This document shows positions 46,217-56,354 of a stretch of 64,000 nucleotides of DNA, one piece after another. Under the pieces are notes generated by a model. That model saw only the letters and a list, made by a program, of their open reading frames with translations, did not search any database and had not been told where the DNA came from. The DNA is from a candidate division WOR-3 bacterium (GTDB lineage Bacteria > Hydrothermota > Tepidihabitantia > Tepidihabitantales > Tepidihabitantaceae), in NCBI GenBank assembly GCA_965648905.1, contig CBFGIT010000010.1, positions 43,914 through 107,913 on the forward strand, read 5' to 3'. Numbering within the stretch: the first letter of the stretch is position 1; every line of letters starts with the position of its first letter. The translations under genes and the position numbers were made by a program.

Positions 46217-49200
46217 ATGCCGTCAACAAGGCCGTCCTCCTACCCACGCGGGTCTGAGTGGAGGAAGTGGGACCTTCACGTGCACACGCCGGCGTCGATT
46301 GTGAACCACTACCGCGGTCATGATCCCGAAGACAAATGGGAGAAGTTCTTGGCGGACATCGAGCGTCTGCCACCGGAATTCAAGGTGTTGGGCATCAATG
46401 ACTACCTGTTTCTTGATGGCTATCGAAGAGTCCTTGAGGAAAGGGCCAAAGGGCGGTTAGCGAACATCGATGGCGTCTTTCCAGTGGTCGAACTTAGGCT
46501 GCGTGACTTCTGTGGAACCGACAGCCGACTCCAGAAGGTCAACCTCCACATTCTCTTCTCTGCTGACCTGGACCCGGGTATCATCGAATCTCAGTTCCTT
46601 GGCTCGATCCGCACTGACTACAAGCTCGACCCAGCCATCGGTGGCGGGGTATCGTGGTGTGCCGCGCCGGACCGGGATAGCTTGGAGGACCTCGGCAGGA
46701 GGATCATCGAGCAGGCCCCTGCGGAAAAGCGGAGGGGGTATAAAAGTGCTCTCCTCGTCGGTTTTGGTGCTCTGGTGTACGAACTGCGCACCATCAGAGA
46801 GCGATTAAGTAACACGCATCACTTCCACGGCAAATATGTGATCGCAGTAGGAAAGACCGAGTGGGCTGACATACGTTGGACCGACGGAGCCGCCCTCGCC
46901 AAGAAGGACATCATCAACGGAGCAGACTTGGTCTTCGTAGCCTCTGATACTCCAGCCGCGTACTCGCGAGCGCGTAGCCAGCTACAGGATGCTCACGTGA
47001 ATAGCAGGCTGCTGGACTGCAGCGACGCTCACTGGAACTCCAACAGCACCGAAAAGGACCGCATAGGTAACTGCTTCACATGGGTGAAGGCGGACCCGAC
47101 GTTGGAGGGCCTGAAGCTGGCCGTCAGGGAGTTCGACGACCGCGTGTTCGTAGGGGATGAACCACCGCTCCTGACGCGAGTCAAGAGCGCCCCAACCAAG
47201 TTCATTGACAGCGTGTCGTTCGCAAAGAAACCCACCTCTCATCTGCAGGAGAAGTGGATGGATGGCGTCAAGGTTGAGTTCAATCCCGGCCTGGTCGCCA
47301 TTATTGGCAACAGAGGCAGCGGCAAGAGCGCTCTCTCAGACACCATTGGGCTGTTGGGAAACACGAAGCAGTATCGGGATTTCTCCTTTCTGTCCGACAC
47401 AAAGTTCCGAGACCCGAAGTCAGGCACCAAGGCAGAGAACTTCGAGGCGACGATGACATGGGCAAGTGGCGGTGCGGAACCTGCCAAGAATCTCAACACT
47501 AACCCGGCAGAGGGCGCTGTTGAACTCGTGAAGTACATACCCCAGAACTACCTGGAGACTATCTGCAATGAGGTTCGCAGGCTGGAGGAAGGGGAATTCG
47601 ACCGCGAGCTGAAGTCGGTCGTCTTCTCCCACGTGGACCCGACCGAAACTCTGGGCTGCGCCGATTTGGATGCCCTCATCAAGTACAAGACAAAGGCGTC
47701 ACGCGATACGAGGGACCGCTTGGTCACTGAGCTGGGCGAACTGAATGCTTCCATCGTCGCCCTGGAACGTGAAGCGTCTCCAGAGCGCAAGGCGGAGTTG
47801 GAGAACGCCATCAAGCAGAAAGAGCTCGAGCTTGATGCTCACGACAAGTCCGAGCCTCCTGCAATGATCGAACCAAAGGCAGACCCCGATTCTCAAGCAA
47901 GGACGGAAGAGATAACCGCAAGGATGATCGGATTGGATAAGGAACTCGGCGAAGCCGATGAGGCCATCAGGCAGGCGCAGACGGCGTTGGAAACCGCTAA
48001 CAGACGAGAGGCCGCAGCGCAGCGACTCTTGGACAAGCTAGCCAATCTACGTCGGTCATACTCCGCCTTCGTCGAGGAGTGCAGAGCCGACGCCGGCCTG
48101 CTGGGTCTTGCGGTTGAATCGCTGGTGGAGATACGGGTAGACACATCGAGAATCGATGAACTGCTGAAGGGCGTGCGTGAGGAACAACAGGCCAGAAGAC
48201 GCGAACTCGACAGGACTGACCCCACTTCACTTGTCTCGAAGCGAACCAGACTTGATGAAGACCTCAAGGCGCTGCGGTCACAACTCGACGAGCCGAACCG
48301 GAAGTACCAGACATATCGAGCTCAACTCAAGGACTGGTTTGTCGGCCGGGCCAGAATCGTCGGCGATCAAGCCACGCCTGGCTCTCTGGAGTACCTGAAG
48401 AGCAAGCTGAATGACCTAGCGAACATCCCTGCAAGACTGACTGAGAAGCGCAAGCAGCGAGAAGCGAAGGTCCGGGAGATTCACGACAAGATCGCTGAAC
48501 TGGCTGATAGCTACCGGGTGATGTTCCGCGGAGTGGACGATTTCGTGCACCGGCACCCGTTGGCAGCCGAACTCGCGATTAGCTTCAAGGTGGACATCGT
48601 GCCGATGAAGCTTGAAGACGAATTCCTAGGTCTTATCAATCAGAAACGGGCCGGCACTTTCTGTGGTGCGGATGAAGGCCGCGAGAGGCTCCGTCACCTT
48701 GTGGCGCCGGTGCAATTCCACGACCGGGAACAAGTTCTGGACTTCCTCCGCAAGCTTGAAGACGCCCTGACACACGACCGCCGCAGCCCCCGTGGCGAGG
48801 CCACTCAGGTGGAAGGGCAACTTCGCAAGGGAGTGGAAGTCAAGCAACTCTACGACTGCATCTACTCCCTGTCGTACTTGCAGCCTCGGTATCTGCTGGA
48901 ATGGGAGGGCAAGGACTTGTCCGTGCTCTCACCGGGTGAGAGGGGTACCCTGTTGCTTGCGTTCTACTTGCTTATCGACAGAAGCACCGTTCCGCTCGTC
49001 ATCGACCAACCCGAAGAGAACCTCGACAACGAGACGGTCTTCAAAGTCCTCGTCAAATGCCTCAAGGATGCCAAGAAGCGCCGGCAGGTTATCATCGTTA
49101 CCCACAACCCAAATCTTGCAGTCGTTTGCGACGCTGACCAAGTCATCTACGCCAACATCGACAAACAGGATGGCAACCGAATTGACTACGAAAGCGGCGC

Positions 49201-49321
49201 CATTGAAAATCCAGCTATCAACAAACACATCGTGGATGTACTTGAGGGCACGAAGCCTGCGTTCCGGAACCGAGACGACAAATACGAAGCGGTGACCAGC
49301 GCAGGAGGGGGGCGTGAGTGA
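46217..49321 (+). CDS. PHP-domain + SMC/ABC-like ATPase (TrlF/Ppl-like)
   Basis: GSEWRKWDLHVHTP, GINDY, CSDAH; GNRGSGKS, long coiled coil, LSPGERG, IDQPEENLDN, VTHNPN. Confidence 0.88.
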   Translation: MPSTRPSSYPRGSEWRKWDLHVHTPASIVNHYRGHDPEDKWEKFLADIERLPPEFKVLGINDYLFLDGYRRVLEERAKGRLANIDGVFPVVELRLRDFCGTDSRLQKVNLHILFSADLDPGIIESQFLGSIRTDYKLDPAIGGGVSWCAAPDRDSLEDLGRRIIEQAPAEKRRGYKSALLVGFGALVYELRTIRERLSNTHHFHGKYVIAVGKTEWADIRWTDGAALAKKDIINGADLVFVASDTPAAYSRARSQLQDAHVNSRLLDCSDAHWNSNSTEKDRIGNCFTWVKADPTLEGLKLAVREFDDRVFVGDEPPLLTRVKSAPTKFIDSVSFAKKPTSHLQEKWMDGVKVEFNPGLVAIIGNRGSGKSALSDTIGLLGNTKQYRDFSFLSDTKFRDPKSGTKAENFEATMTWASGGAEPAKNLNTNPAEGAVELVKYIPQNYLETICNEVRRLEEGEFDRELKSVVFSHVDPTETLGCADLDALIKYKTKASRDTRDRLVTELGELNASIVALEREASPERKAELENAIKQKELELDAHDKSEPPAMIEPKADPDSQARTEEITARMIGLDKELGEADEAIRQAQTALETANRREAAAQRLLDKLANLRRSYSAFVEECRADAGLLGLAVESLVEIRVDTSRIDELLKGVREEQQARRRELDRTDPTSLVSKRTRLDEDLKALRSQLDEPNRKYQTYRAQLKDWFVGRARIVGDQATPGSLEYLKSKLNDLANIPARLTEKRKQREAKVREIHDKIAELADSYRVMFRGVDDFVHRHPLAAELAISFKVDIVPMKLEDEFLGLINQKRAGTFCGADEGRERLRHLVAPVQFHDREQVLDFLRKLEDALTHDRRSPRGEATQVEGQLRKGVEVKQLYDCIYSLSYLQPRYLLEWEGKDLSVLSPGERGTLLLAFYLLIDRSTVPLVIDQPEENLDNETVFKVLVKCLKDAKKRRQVIIVTHNPNLAVVCDADQVIYANIDKQDGNRIDYESGAIENPAINKHIVDVLEGTKPAFRNRDDKYEAVTSAGGGRE

Positions 49322-49812
49322 TCGCCGGTGACGAGCTTTCCTCCGACCTTTCCGCCGAGTATGCCGACCTGCTGGCACGCACGATGAACCTGCTCGGTGA
49401 TATGAGGAAGCTGGCGTATGAGAAGATGAACCAGTTCCAGCATGAGTACCGTTGCCTGCAAATGGTTGCGGAGCTGAAGCGGCGCGTCCCGGGCAGGAGA
49501 CGCCTGAGGTGGCACTGGCATCCGGCCCAGTCGAGTCACCCGAACGAAGGCGACATCGTCGGGTACTCAGGCGCGAGGCCTGTCGTACAGGCAGAAGTCA
49601 CAACGTCGCCCAAGCCAGGCGAGCAGATTGGCAAGCGCATGCGGGAGACGTTGGAGCACCTTGCTGCGCTGCCCGGCGAACACAAGTTCTACGGCGTGGT
49701 GTCGGAGAAGATGCGCCAGCTCGCCGAGACCAGGGCCAAGGCGTACGGCGTCACCGTGGTTCTGCTGCCCGACCCGGCGGCAGATGCCAAGAGCGAGCCG
49801 GCCCGGCGCTGA
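49318..49812 (+). CDS. Hypothetical protein, possible PD-(D/E)xK-like nuclease
   Basis: GTGA overlap with the ATPase gene; HE...EGDIVG....VVQAEVTT motif spacing. Confidence 0.45.
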   Translation: MIAGDELSSDLSAEYADLLARTMNLLGDMRKLAYEKMNQFQHEYRCLQMVAELKRRVPGRRRLRWHWHPAQSSHPNEGDIVGYSGARPVVQAEVTTSPKPGEQIGKRMRETLEHLAALPGEHKFYGVVSEKMRQLAETRAKAYGVTVVLLPDPAADAKSEPARR

Positions 49813-49912
49813 CACCCTATGAGGACTGACCTGATAGGCAGGGTCTACACAACCTTTGGAAGTTGTATTCTTCGACTACAACCCAATAGGTATGTAGGAT
49901 TACCGGCGTGAC

Positions 49913-50572
49913 ATGAAGACCCTGTGCATCCTCCTCGGTGATGTCGTCGCCTCGGCCGACGCGGCGGCGCGGACGCACTTGCAGCAGCGGTTGGCGGCTG
50001 CGTGCCGCGCCGCGAACCGGGCGGCGGGCGACGACCTCTTTGCGGCCTTCAAGCCGCTCAAGGGCGTTGATGAGGTGGGCGGCGCGCTGTTGTCACCACG
50101 GTCCGCGTTTGATGTCGTGTGCGCATTTCTCGACGCGATACATCCGTACCGCGTGCGCTTCGTACTGGCGCGAGGCGGCGTTGACGTAGGATATTCCACG
50201 CGTGACGCCGCAAAGCTGGACGGGTCGGTCTTTGGCACCGCCGCGAATCTGATGGGACGGCTCAAGCAGTCGAAGCTGCCGTTCGCGTCGGCGCTGAACG
50301 GGCCGGGTTTCGACGCTGCGGTGTCAGGTCTGTTCAACGTGCTACTGACGATGCGCTGGTCGTGGACCGAGCGGCAGCGTGCCGTAGTGGCGGCGTATCG
50401 GGCTGCGGGTAGCCAGCAGGCCGCGGCCGAGCGGATGGGCATATCCCAGCAGGCGGTGTCCAAGGCGCTGGGCAGCATCGACTGGCGGGTGTACAGCCAG
50501 GCCGAGAAGGCGCTGCGTCAGACGCTCGCGAGCCTGGACGAGTCCGGCACGCCGAAGAAGGCTCAACGGTGA
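49913..50572 (+). CDS. SatD-family protein with C-terminal HTH
   Basis: ILLGDVVAS, GVDEVGG, LDGSVF..A, WTERQ...SQQAAAERMGISQQAVSKAL. Confidence 0.8.
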   Translation: MKTLCILLGDVVASADAAARTHLQQRLAAACRAANRAAGDDLFAAFKPLKGVDEVGGALLSPRSAFDVVCAFLDAIHPYRVRFVLARGGVDVGYSTRDAAKLDGSVFGTAANLMGRLKQSKLPFASALNGPGFDAAVSGLFNVLLTMRWSWTERQRAVVAAYRAAGSQQAAAERMGISQQAVSKALGSIDWRVYSQAEKALRQTLASLDESGTPKKAQR

Positions 50573-50940
50573 TTGGGGCATACAGCCCGTGGGACCTGCT
50601 GGCTGTCCTGTGCGGTTGTGCGCTGCTGGTCTTGACAAGCGGGCTTGTTGTCAGCGCCGTGCTGTGTCGAACATCCGGCCGGCCTCTGAGCGAGGTGGTG
50701 AAGAAATCAGAGCGGGATACCGGGTTCGTAGTCGGGAAGTGTGAGAACATCCTCATCCTGGTTTTCGTCGTTCTCGGCGCCTACACCGCTCTGGGTCTGG
50801 TGTTCGCGGCAAAAGCCGTCGTCCGGGTGGAGGATGCCCGCCGTGAGCCGTTGTTCTATCTTGCCGGCACGATGGTGAACGTGACGTACTCGATTCTGTT
50901 CGGTCTTGCGGTGAAGATGCTGCTGCATGTCATACCCTGA
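50569..50940 (+). CDS. Small membrane protein, SatD-associated (DUF3307-like C-terminal region)
   Basis: GFVVGKCENIL...FAAKAVVR...YLAGT. Confidence 0.65.
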   Translation: MIGAYSPWDLLAVLCGCALLVLTSGLVVSAVLCRTSGRPLSEVVKKSERDTGFVVGKCENILILVFVVLGAYTALGLVFAAKAVVRVEDARREPLFYLAGTMVNVTYSILFGLAVKMLLHVIP

Positions 50941-50998
50941 CCAGGAGGCCCGTTTGGAGACGGTGTCACAACCATGAGACTCTGCCTGCCCAGTGCCT

Positions 50999-51057
50999 TG
51001 AGGAAGGGTGAAGGATGAGGGATGAGGAGCGAAGGGCTGAAGAACGAAGAGCGAGAA
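50999..51057 (+). repeat. Degenerate purine-rich heptamer-like array
   Basis: tgaggaa gggtgaa ggatgag ggatgag gagcgaa gggctgaa gaacgaa gagcgag. Confidence 0.6.
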
Positions 51058-51359
51058 GTTCCCGCTCGGCGTCATCGGTGCGGCCTATGGGGTTTGCATA
51101 ACCACCCGTGCGCCGGCTCGTCGAACCAACGCGATGCACAGCTTGACAAGAAGGGCTATCTGCGCATTATCTGACCTGTCCATGCACAGAGGCTACCGGC
51201 TGTTGCTGGATTGGCCCGGCAGGATGTACCTCTTAGTTAGCATGTCAAGACGATGATGATGAACGCCCGGCTCGCACAGGCGTCGAACATTCCTGCCTGG
51301 CGCCCGGACCTACGGCTGAACGGACAGGTCCGGCTTGCCAGCTCGCTTTCCTGCACCAG

Positions 51360-54197
51360 ATGATCGTCCCACCCAGTGCGGAGCTCGGCAGCACTACCCT
51401 CCCGAAGAACCGACTTGAAGCGGCCTTCCGCGCGGCCGGTGACCTCGCGGCGCGCCTTGTGGTGCCACGGTGGTTTTTCTTCGTCTTCCTGGGCTTGTGC
51501 ACGGCGAGCGCAGTCTTCAGCCAGAGGGCGTTTGCGCTGCAGATATGGCCTCCCCACACGCCGGCTCTCAACTTCGTCTACCGCTGGTTCGACCCGTACC
51601 TGCTGTTCCTTGGCAGCGCGTTCTACGTTTTCTACAAGCTGGGCCGAATGGCCGTGCCATCCCGGCCGGGCCGGCGGCGGAGGTCACTGGTGGCCGTCGC
51701 GGCCACCTTGTCTCTGTCCGGGATGTTCTTCGCGGGGCTGTACGTCATCGAGGTCGAGGTACTCAAGCCAGTATTCTCAATCAGCCGGCCCGTCTTCTGG
51801 ATTGAGCGGTCCGTTGTCCGCGACCTGTTGACGGGGGCCGTAGATGACCAGGGTCTCGTGCGGTCGCTTCGGCCCGCGGATTTCCGGCAGCCGCTCTCCA
51901 GAATCGTCGTAGAAGCTGTCAGGAACGACACCCTAGTACATGTGGACCCGGATGTGGTTCAAGCCGCGCTGGTTGCCGCCGGCGTTTCGCCGGGAGCAGC
52001 ACGGCGGCAGGTCGCCGAGGCAATAGCCGGGCACGGGGTTCCCGGCAGGATACCGTCTTTCGACTCCCGAGTAAGGTTGCTGGGGCAGATGACAGCCTGG
52101 CTCGCCCAGGGCATCAAGCCGTTTGTTATCGAGTGGCTCGGGCTGGAGAACGATGATGAGGACAAGCGCGATGCCATGCCTTCAGGGCACATCCTGCGTC
52201 AGATAGTGGTACTCTTCATCGGCCTCTTCATGGTCCTGCAACGGACCGAGATCAGACGGAGAGCTTTCAAGGGCAGATTCGAAGAAGCCATCTTCGCCTC
52301 GGTCGTATCGCTCTGCTTTCCACTGGTCGCGTTCTCCAGATTCTACGGGTTCCAGCATAGTCTGCCCGACATGATGATGGCGGCCGGGTTCCCGGTTTTC
52401 CTGCTGCCGTTACTGGTGTTCACCGTCTACTGGTCCGTTGCCCGACGTGCTGAGCAGGACAAGGCCGCTCATGAACGGGTGGGGCAATCAGTCCCCGACC
52501 TCCTGTATCAGACCGATGCAGATGGAAATCTGACTTACATCAACCAGGGGTTTGCTACGATGTTCGGCTACCACAGCGAAGAAGAAATGAGGGAAGCGGA
52601 ATCTGTTGTTGTTGCCGGCGTCACGGTCCTGCCGATCAGCAATTTCTGGATGTACCCCAAGCACCGCACGCTTCTCCTGACTGAGGTCCAGGCTCGGAAA
52701 GGCCGCGTTTTGGACTATTTCTGCTACGTGCGGAGCAAGCGCCGAAGACCATTCTACCTGTCCGTGGACAGCGTCTCGGTCGGTTCGGGCATTGGCGGGA
52801 CCGGCCGAGAGGTCACGTCCAAGGTGATGGTCTTTGACGGCTTCTATCAGACGAACCGCGACGGCGTGATAACGTTCTGCGACGAGAAATTCGCGCATCG
52901 CTTCGGCTACTCCATGGATGAACTTGTCGGTCAGCACATCGGAGACAAGCTCTACCTGGACCCGGCGCGGTGGGCCATGACTCTGCAGGTTCTCCGTGAT
53001 GGACCAAACGAGTTCGCGACCCGGGTAATTCCAACCAGGACGAAGGACGGGCTGGTGATTGCGGTGGAGTTCGCTAATCACCTGATTCTGCAGGGTGGCG
53101 CCTTCTGCGGAATTGAAGGGACGATTCGGTCCGTCCGGACGCAGGGCGTGTACGTGATTCAAGACAGCAGGTTCGTATCTGTGGATGAGGAGTTCTGCCG
53201 AATCTTCGGCTACTCGGACACGGAGATTCGCAATCTGCCGACCTACCTGGCGATCGTGGCACCTCATGACCGAGACATGGTCCGAAAGGAGGTAGACCGG
53301 AAGATGTCCGGTATGCCTGGGCGCGCATACGAGTTTGACGCTCTCCGCAAGGGCGGACAAGTTCTGCGGGTCATCTGCGATTCAGACCACGGCTTCTACG
53401 AAGGCAGACCTGCTGTCATCGGCTACATACTTGAAGCCAAACCGGGGAGGACTGTGTTGGAGAGGCTGCGGCGACGCGAGCTGTTCTCTGCCATCGGCGA
53501 GGCAGCAAACGACCTGACGCATTGGCTCGGGCAGGTTGCGCCGGCCATAAGCAGCTCAGTCATGTTCATCCGGCAGGACCTTGCGAAGCTGGGCATCTCA
53601 TTGTCTCCGGGCGAAGAGCCAGGTGAATCATTGAAGATGATAGAGGACAATGCCCGTCTAATCGCGCGCATGAAACGAGACCTAATGGGAAACGCCGACC
53701 AAGTCTCCGAACATGAGGAGAACGAACTCAACCAGCTCCGGTTAGCTGGCATCATTGCTCAGGCGCTCAACTCAATCAGGATACCCGCGAATGTAGCAGT
53801 CCAGGTCGATGTGCCGTCAGACATTCCGGGTGTGCCAAGGCGAGGACCTCATCTGGTTAAGGTGTTTGGATACCTGGTGAGGAACGCGATTGACGCCATG
53901 CCGCAAGGCGGAAGGGTCGCCATTACCGGCAGGGTCATGTCGGACGCGCGCACAGTTGTTGTCAGTGTCGAGGACACCGGCACAGGAATCAAGCCAGAGC
54001 ACCATGACAAGCTGTTCAAGCCGTTCTGGACTACAAAGCCGTCCGGCACCGAGAGCGGACTTGGACTTGGGCTTTGGTACTGCCGGACGGCGCTGGAATC
54101 GATGAACGCGGAGATTGACTTCGAGAGCGAAGTCGGCCGCGGCACGAAGTTCGAAATAACTTTCTTTGGACTGATTAGGAGAGAATCCAATGGCTGA
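51360..54197 (+). CDS. Membrane multi-PAS sensor histidine kinase (start uncertain)
   Basis: N-terminal transmembrane segments; three PAS-like repeats (F..MFGY, F.HRFGY, FC.IFGY); LTHWL H-box, LVRNAIDAM, EDTGTGI, FKPFWTTK, GLGLGL. Confidence 0.9.
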   Translation: MIVPPSAELGSTTLPKNRLEAAFRAAGDLAARLVVPRWFFFVFLGLCTASAVFSQRAFALQIWPPHTPALNFVYRWFDPYLLFLGSAFYVFYKLGRMAVPSRPGRRRRSLVAVAATLSLSGMFFAGLYVIEVEVLKPVFSISRPVFWIERSVVRDLLTGAVDDQGLVRSLRPADFRQPLSRIVVEAVRNDTLVHVDPDVVQAALVAAGVSPGAARRQVAEAIAGHGVPGRIPSFDSRVRLLGQMTAWLAQGIKPFVIEWLGLENDDEDKRDAMPSGHILRQIVVLFIGLFMVLQRTEIRRRAFKGRFEEAIFASVVSLCFPLVAFSRFYGFQHSLPDMMMAAGFPVFLLPLLVFTVYWSVARRAEQDKAAHERVGQSVPDLLYQTDADGNLTYINQGFATMFGYHSEEEMREAESVVVAGVTVLPISNFWMYPKHRTLLLTEVQARKGRVLDYFCYVRSKRRRPFYLSVDSVSVGSGIGGTGREVTSKVMVFDGFYQTNRDGVITFCDEKFAHRFGYSMDELVGQHIGDKLYLDPARWAMTLQVLRDGPNEFATRVIPTRTKDGLVIAVEFANHLILQGGAFCGIEGTIRSVRTQGVYVIQDSRFVSVDEEFCRIFGYSDTEIRNLPTYLAIVAPHDRDMVRKEVDRKMSGMPGRAYEFDALRKGGQVLRVICDSDHGFYEGRPAVIGYILEAKPGRTVLERLRRRELFSAIGEAANDLTHWLGQVAPAISSSVMFIRQDLAKLGISLSPGEEPGESLKMIEDNARLIARMKRDLMGNADQVSEHEENELNQLRLAGIIAQALNSIRIPANVAVQVDVPSDIPGVPRRGPHLVKVFGYLVRNAIDAMPQGGRVAITGRVMSDARTVVVSVEDTGTGIKPEHHDKLFKPFWTTKPSGTESGLGLGLWYCRTALESMNAEIDFESEVGRGTKFEITFFGLIRRESNG

Positions 54198-55404
54198 ATC
54201 ACTGCGAGTCCTAGTCGTCGATGATTTTGAGCCCGACCGCAAGGTATTCGCTCGAATCCTGCGCGACAAGGGATGTGGTGTCGACACGGCCGTCGACTAC
54301 ACGGAGGCAATTGAGAAGCTCAGCACGGCCGAGTTCGACGTAGTTCTGATTGACCTGAAGATCCCAAACGAATCCGGTGAGCAAGACCCCGAAGGTGGCG
54401 TGAAGCTCCTGCAAGAGATCCGGAGGCGCAACATCCGGGTCGGTATCATCGTGCTGACCGGACAGACAAAATCCGAGGTTCTGCTCAGGAGCCTCAAGGA
54501 GACAGAACAACTGGGGTACTCGAGTTTCTTGGTGAAGGACAGGCTGATTGGCCTCCAAACAGGCGAGGAAGGCGCTGATGAGCTGTTCCGGGAAGTACAG
54601 AAGGCGGCCAACAGACGACTTGGGCCTGAGGAGATCGTGCGCGTCCTCGAGATTGACCCGTTCGTCCTTACCTACGAGCGGTATCTCAAGCTCGAGTCAC
54701 ACTGGGTCGCGGACGTTCAGAGAAGGGCCCGGGAGGCCAAAGAGGAATGGGCACTTGAGAGACTTAGAGCCGAGAGAGCCAGGTGGCTTGTGCTCTGCGG
54801 AGACAGAGTCGTGCGACAGTCCGGCAACATGCAGGAGTTACCCGGGCCGAAGGAACTCGATGAGATAGGCAGGGAAACAAACCTCGTGCCATTTGTGTTT
54901 ATCCGCATGTCGGAGAACGAAGAAGTATGCCGTGCTGAGATTCCCTGGCAGGCGACAAGACACCCCGGCGACTTCTATCCCTCGATTGACATCATTGTCA
55001 AGGGTAGCAACGGTACCAGGGCTGTGCTGTGTGCCGACCTGGACACTGGCTCGCCTGAAGTCCATCTCAATCTTGAAGAACTTCTTGAGCGCGGCGTGAT
55101 TACGGCCAGCGACCTCGCCGAGTGCAAGGCCTGCGGGCTGTTCCTAGATGCACGTCCTCACCTTGGCCGAAGCACGCCGTGCTACTGGCACACGGTCGAG
55201 ATTGGGACCGCTAAGACCGGCAGCACCCCGGTCTTGTGTGAGTTCATCGAGCGATGGACCGAGAGCGGCTTTCATCACGCCAATGTGGGCCGGAAGGCAC
55301 TCGCAGGTCGCCCTCTGTTGCTCCAGTTGCGAGTCAGGCTCGAACTTGACGGGAAGAACCGCGTGACCCGGGTTCTGCCACCCGAGAACCCGGTGGGCAA
55401 GTAA
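54190..55404 (+). CDS. Response-regulator receiver fused to DUF5678-like and retropepsin-like aspartic protease domains
   Basis: Receiver VLVVDD...DVVLIDL...VLTG...K; linker RWLVLCGDRVV...PFVF; protease ADLDTGS...ALAGRPLL. Confidence 0.7.
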   Translation: MAESLRVLVVDDFEPDRKVFARILRDKGCGVDTAVDYTEAIEKLSTAEFDVVLIDLKIPNESGEQDPEGGVKLLQEIRRRNIRVGIIVLTGQTKSEVLLRSLKETEQLGYSSFLVKDRLIGLQTGEEGADELFREVQKAANRRLGPEEIVRVLEIDPFVLTYERYLKLESHWVADVQRRAREAKEEWALERLRAERARWLVLCGDRVVRQSGNMQELPGPKELDEIGRETNLVPFVFIRMSENEEVCRAEIPWQATRHPGDFYPSIDIIVKGSNGTRAVLCADLDTGSPEVHLNLEELLERGVITASDLAECKACGLFLDARPHLGRSTPCYWHTVEIGTAKTGSTPVLCEFIERWTESGFHHANVGRKALAGRPLLLQLRVRLELDGKNRVTRVLPPENPVGK

Positions 55405-55456
55405 CGCACTTAGAGGCTACTTAGGGGAACCCGATTACTGAGAAGGGATCAGCACC

Positions 55457-56224
55457 ATGCCCACAAACTCATTGACTGACCAAGAAGTATCCGAGCTCAT
55501 AAAGGCGCTGGACGCCGCGTACGGCGTGAGTCTGACGGAGACCACCCGGTCTGCCTTGCCGGTCGAGGAGGTTCTGCCGGAGGGCCGTGCGCCGATGGCG
55601 GAAGTAGACCAGGAGTATCTGGTCCTCGGTGCAAGGATGCACTGCATCTCTTACGCCGTAGTCGTCACCCTTTCCGAGAACCGGGCTGCGGTCAAGCAGG
55701 CCACCGAGCTCATCGCCAAGTGGATGCTCGGTCATCAGCCGGTCCGTATCCTTGGCGCGGGCCGCGCCCTGCTCGCCGGGGCCATGCCCGGCAACCGTCT
55801 GGCGCACGCCGGCGCGCAGGTATCGTTCATGGGTGGAATGGTTCCGCTGCCCAACTCCATTCGCGGGGGCGGCATCATTGCCTGCAGCGCGTCGGGCAAG
55901 ACGGTGCCGGTACTTGAGGCGATGGCCATCGCTAAGCGGAACAACAAAGAGGTGAAGACCATCGGTATTGCGGACTACAAGGCGAAGGACTTCGAAGCGC
56001 TGTGCGATGTCTTCATCGGCCTGCGCTACCCGAAGGAGACGCTTCCTAATCCTTTGTCTGCCCTGGCCGACACCGAGGAGTACATGATAGCTGAAATCCT
56101 CGACGGGCTGGTTGTTCTTGCAGGCCGGTCAATTGGATTCGACGATGAGGCCTGGCGCAAGGGACACGAGGACATCGGCCCGACCGGCCCCTATGCTCCG
56201 CAGGGCAAGAGCCACGGGTCCTGA
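55457..56224 (+). CDS. SIS-domain protein (6-phospho-3-hexuloisomerase-like)
   Basis: ILGAGRA...RLAH.G; IACSASGKT...AK.....IGI. Confidence 0.75.
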   Translation: MPTNSLTDQEVSELIKALDAAYGVSLTETTRSALPVEEVLPEGRAPMAEVDQEYLVLGARMHCISYAVVVTLSENRAAVKQATELIAKWMLGHQPVRILGAGRALLAGAMPGNRLAHAGAQVSFMGGMVPLPNSIRGGGIIACSASGKTVPVLEAMAIAKRNNKEVKTIGIADYKAKDFEALCDVFIGLRYPKETLPNPLSALADTEEYMIAEILDGLVVLAGRSIGFDDEAWRKGHEDIGPTGPYAPQGKSHGS

Positions 56225-56354
56225 GGCCACCGGCCCGTCATAACCGGGACCCGGCAGGGCCGGGGTCAGATACAGTTCGAGGTCTTGGATTCGGTCAGCA
56301 TGGGGAGTAACCACCGGATGCTGTGCCCGACAGCGAAGTTGCGAGACGCCGGCT

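Noticed and set aside
29365..56224. Complete prophage or ICE
   Set aside because: No integrase, terminase, portal, replication or conjugation genes were recognised, and no flanking att repeats were found by eye.
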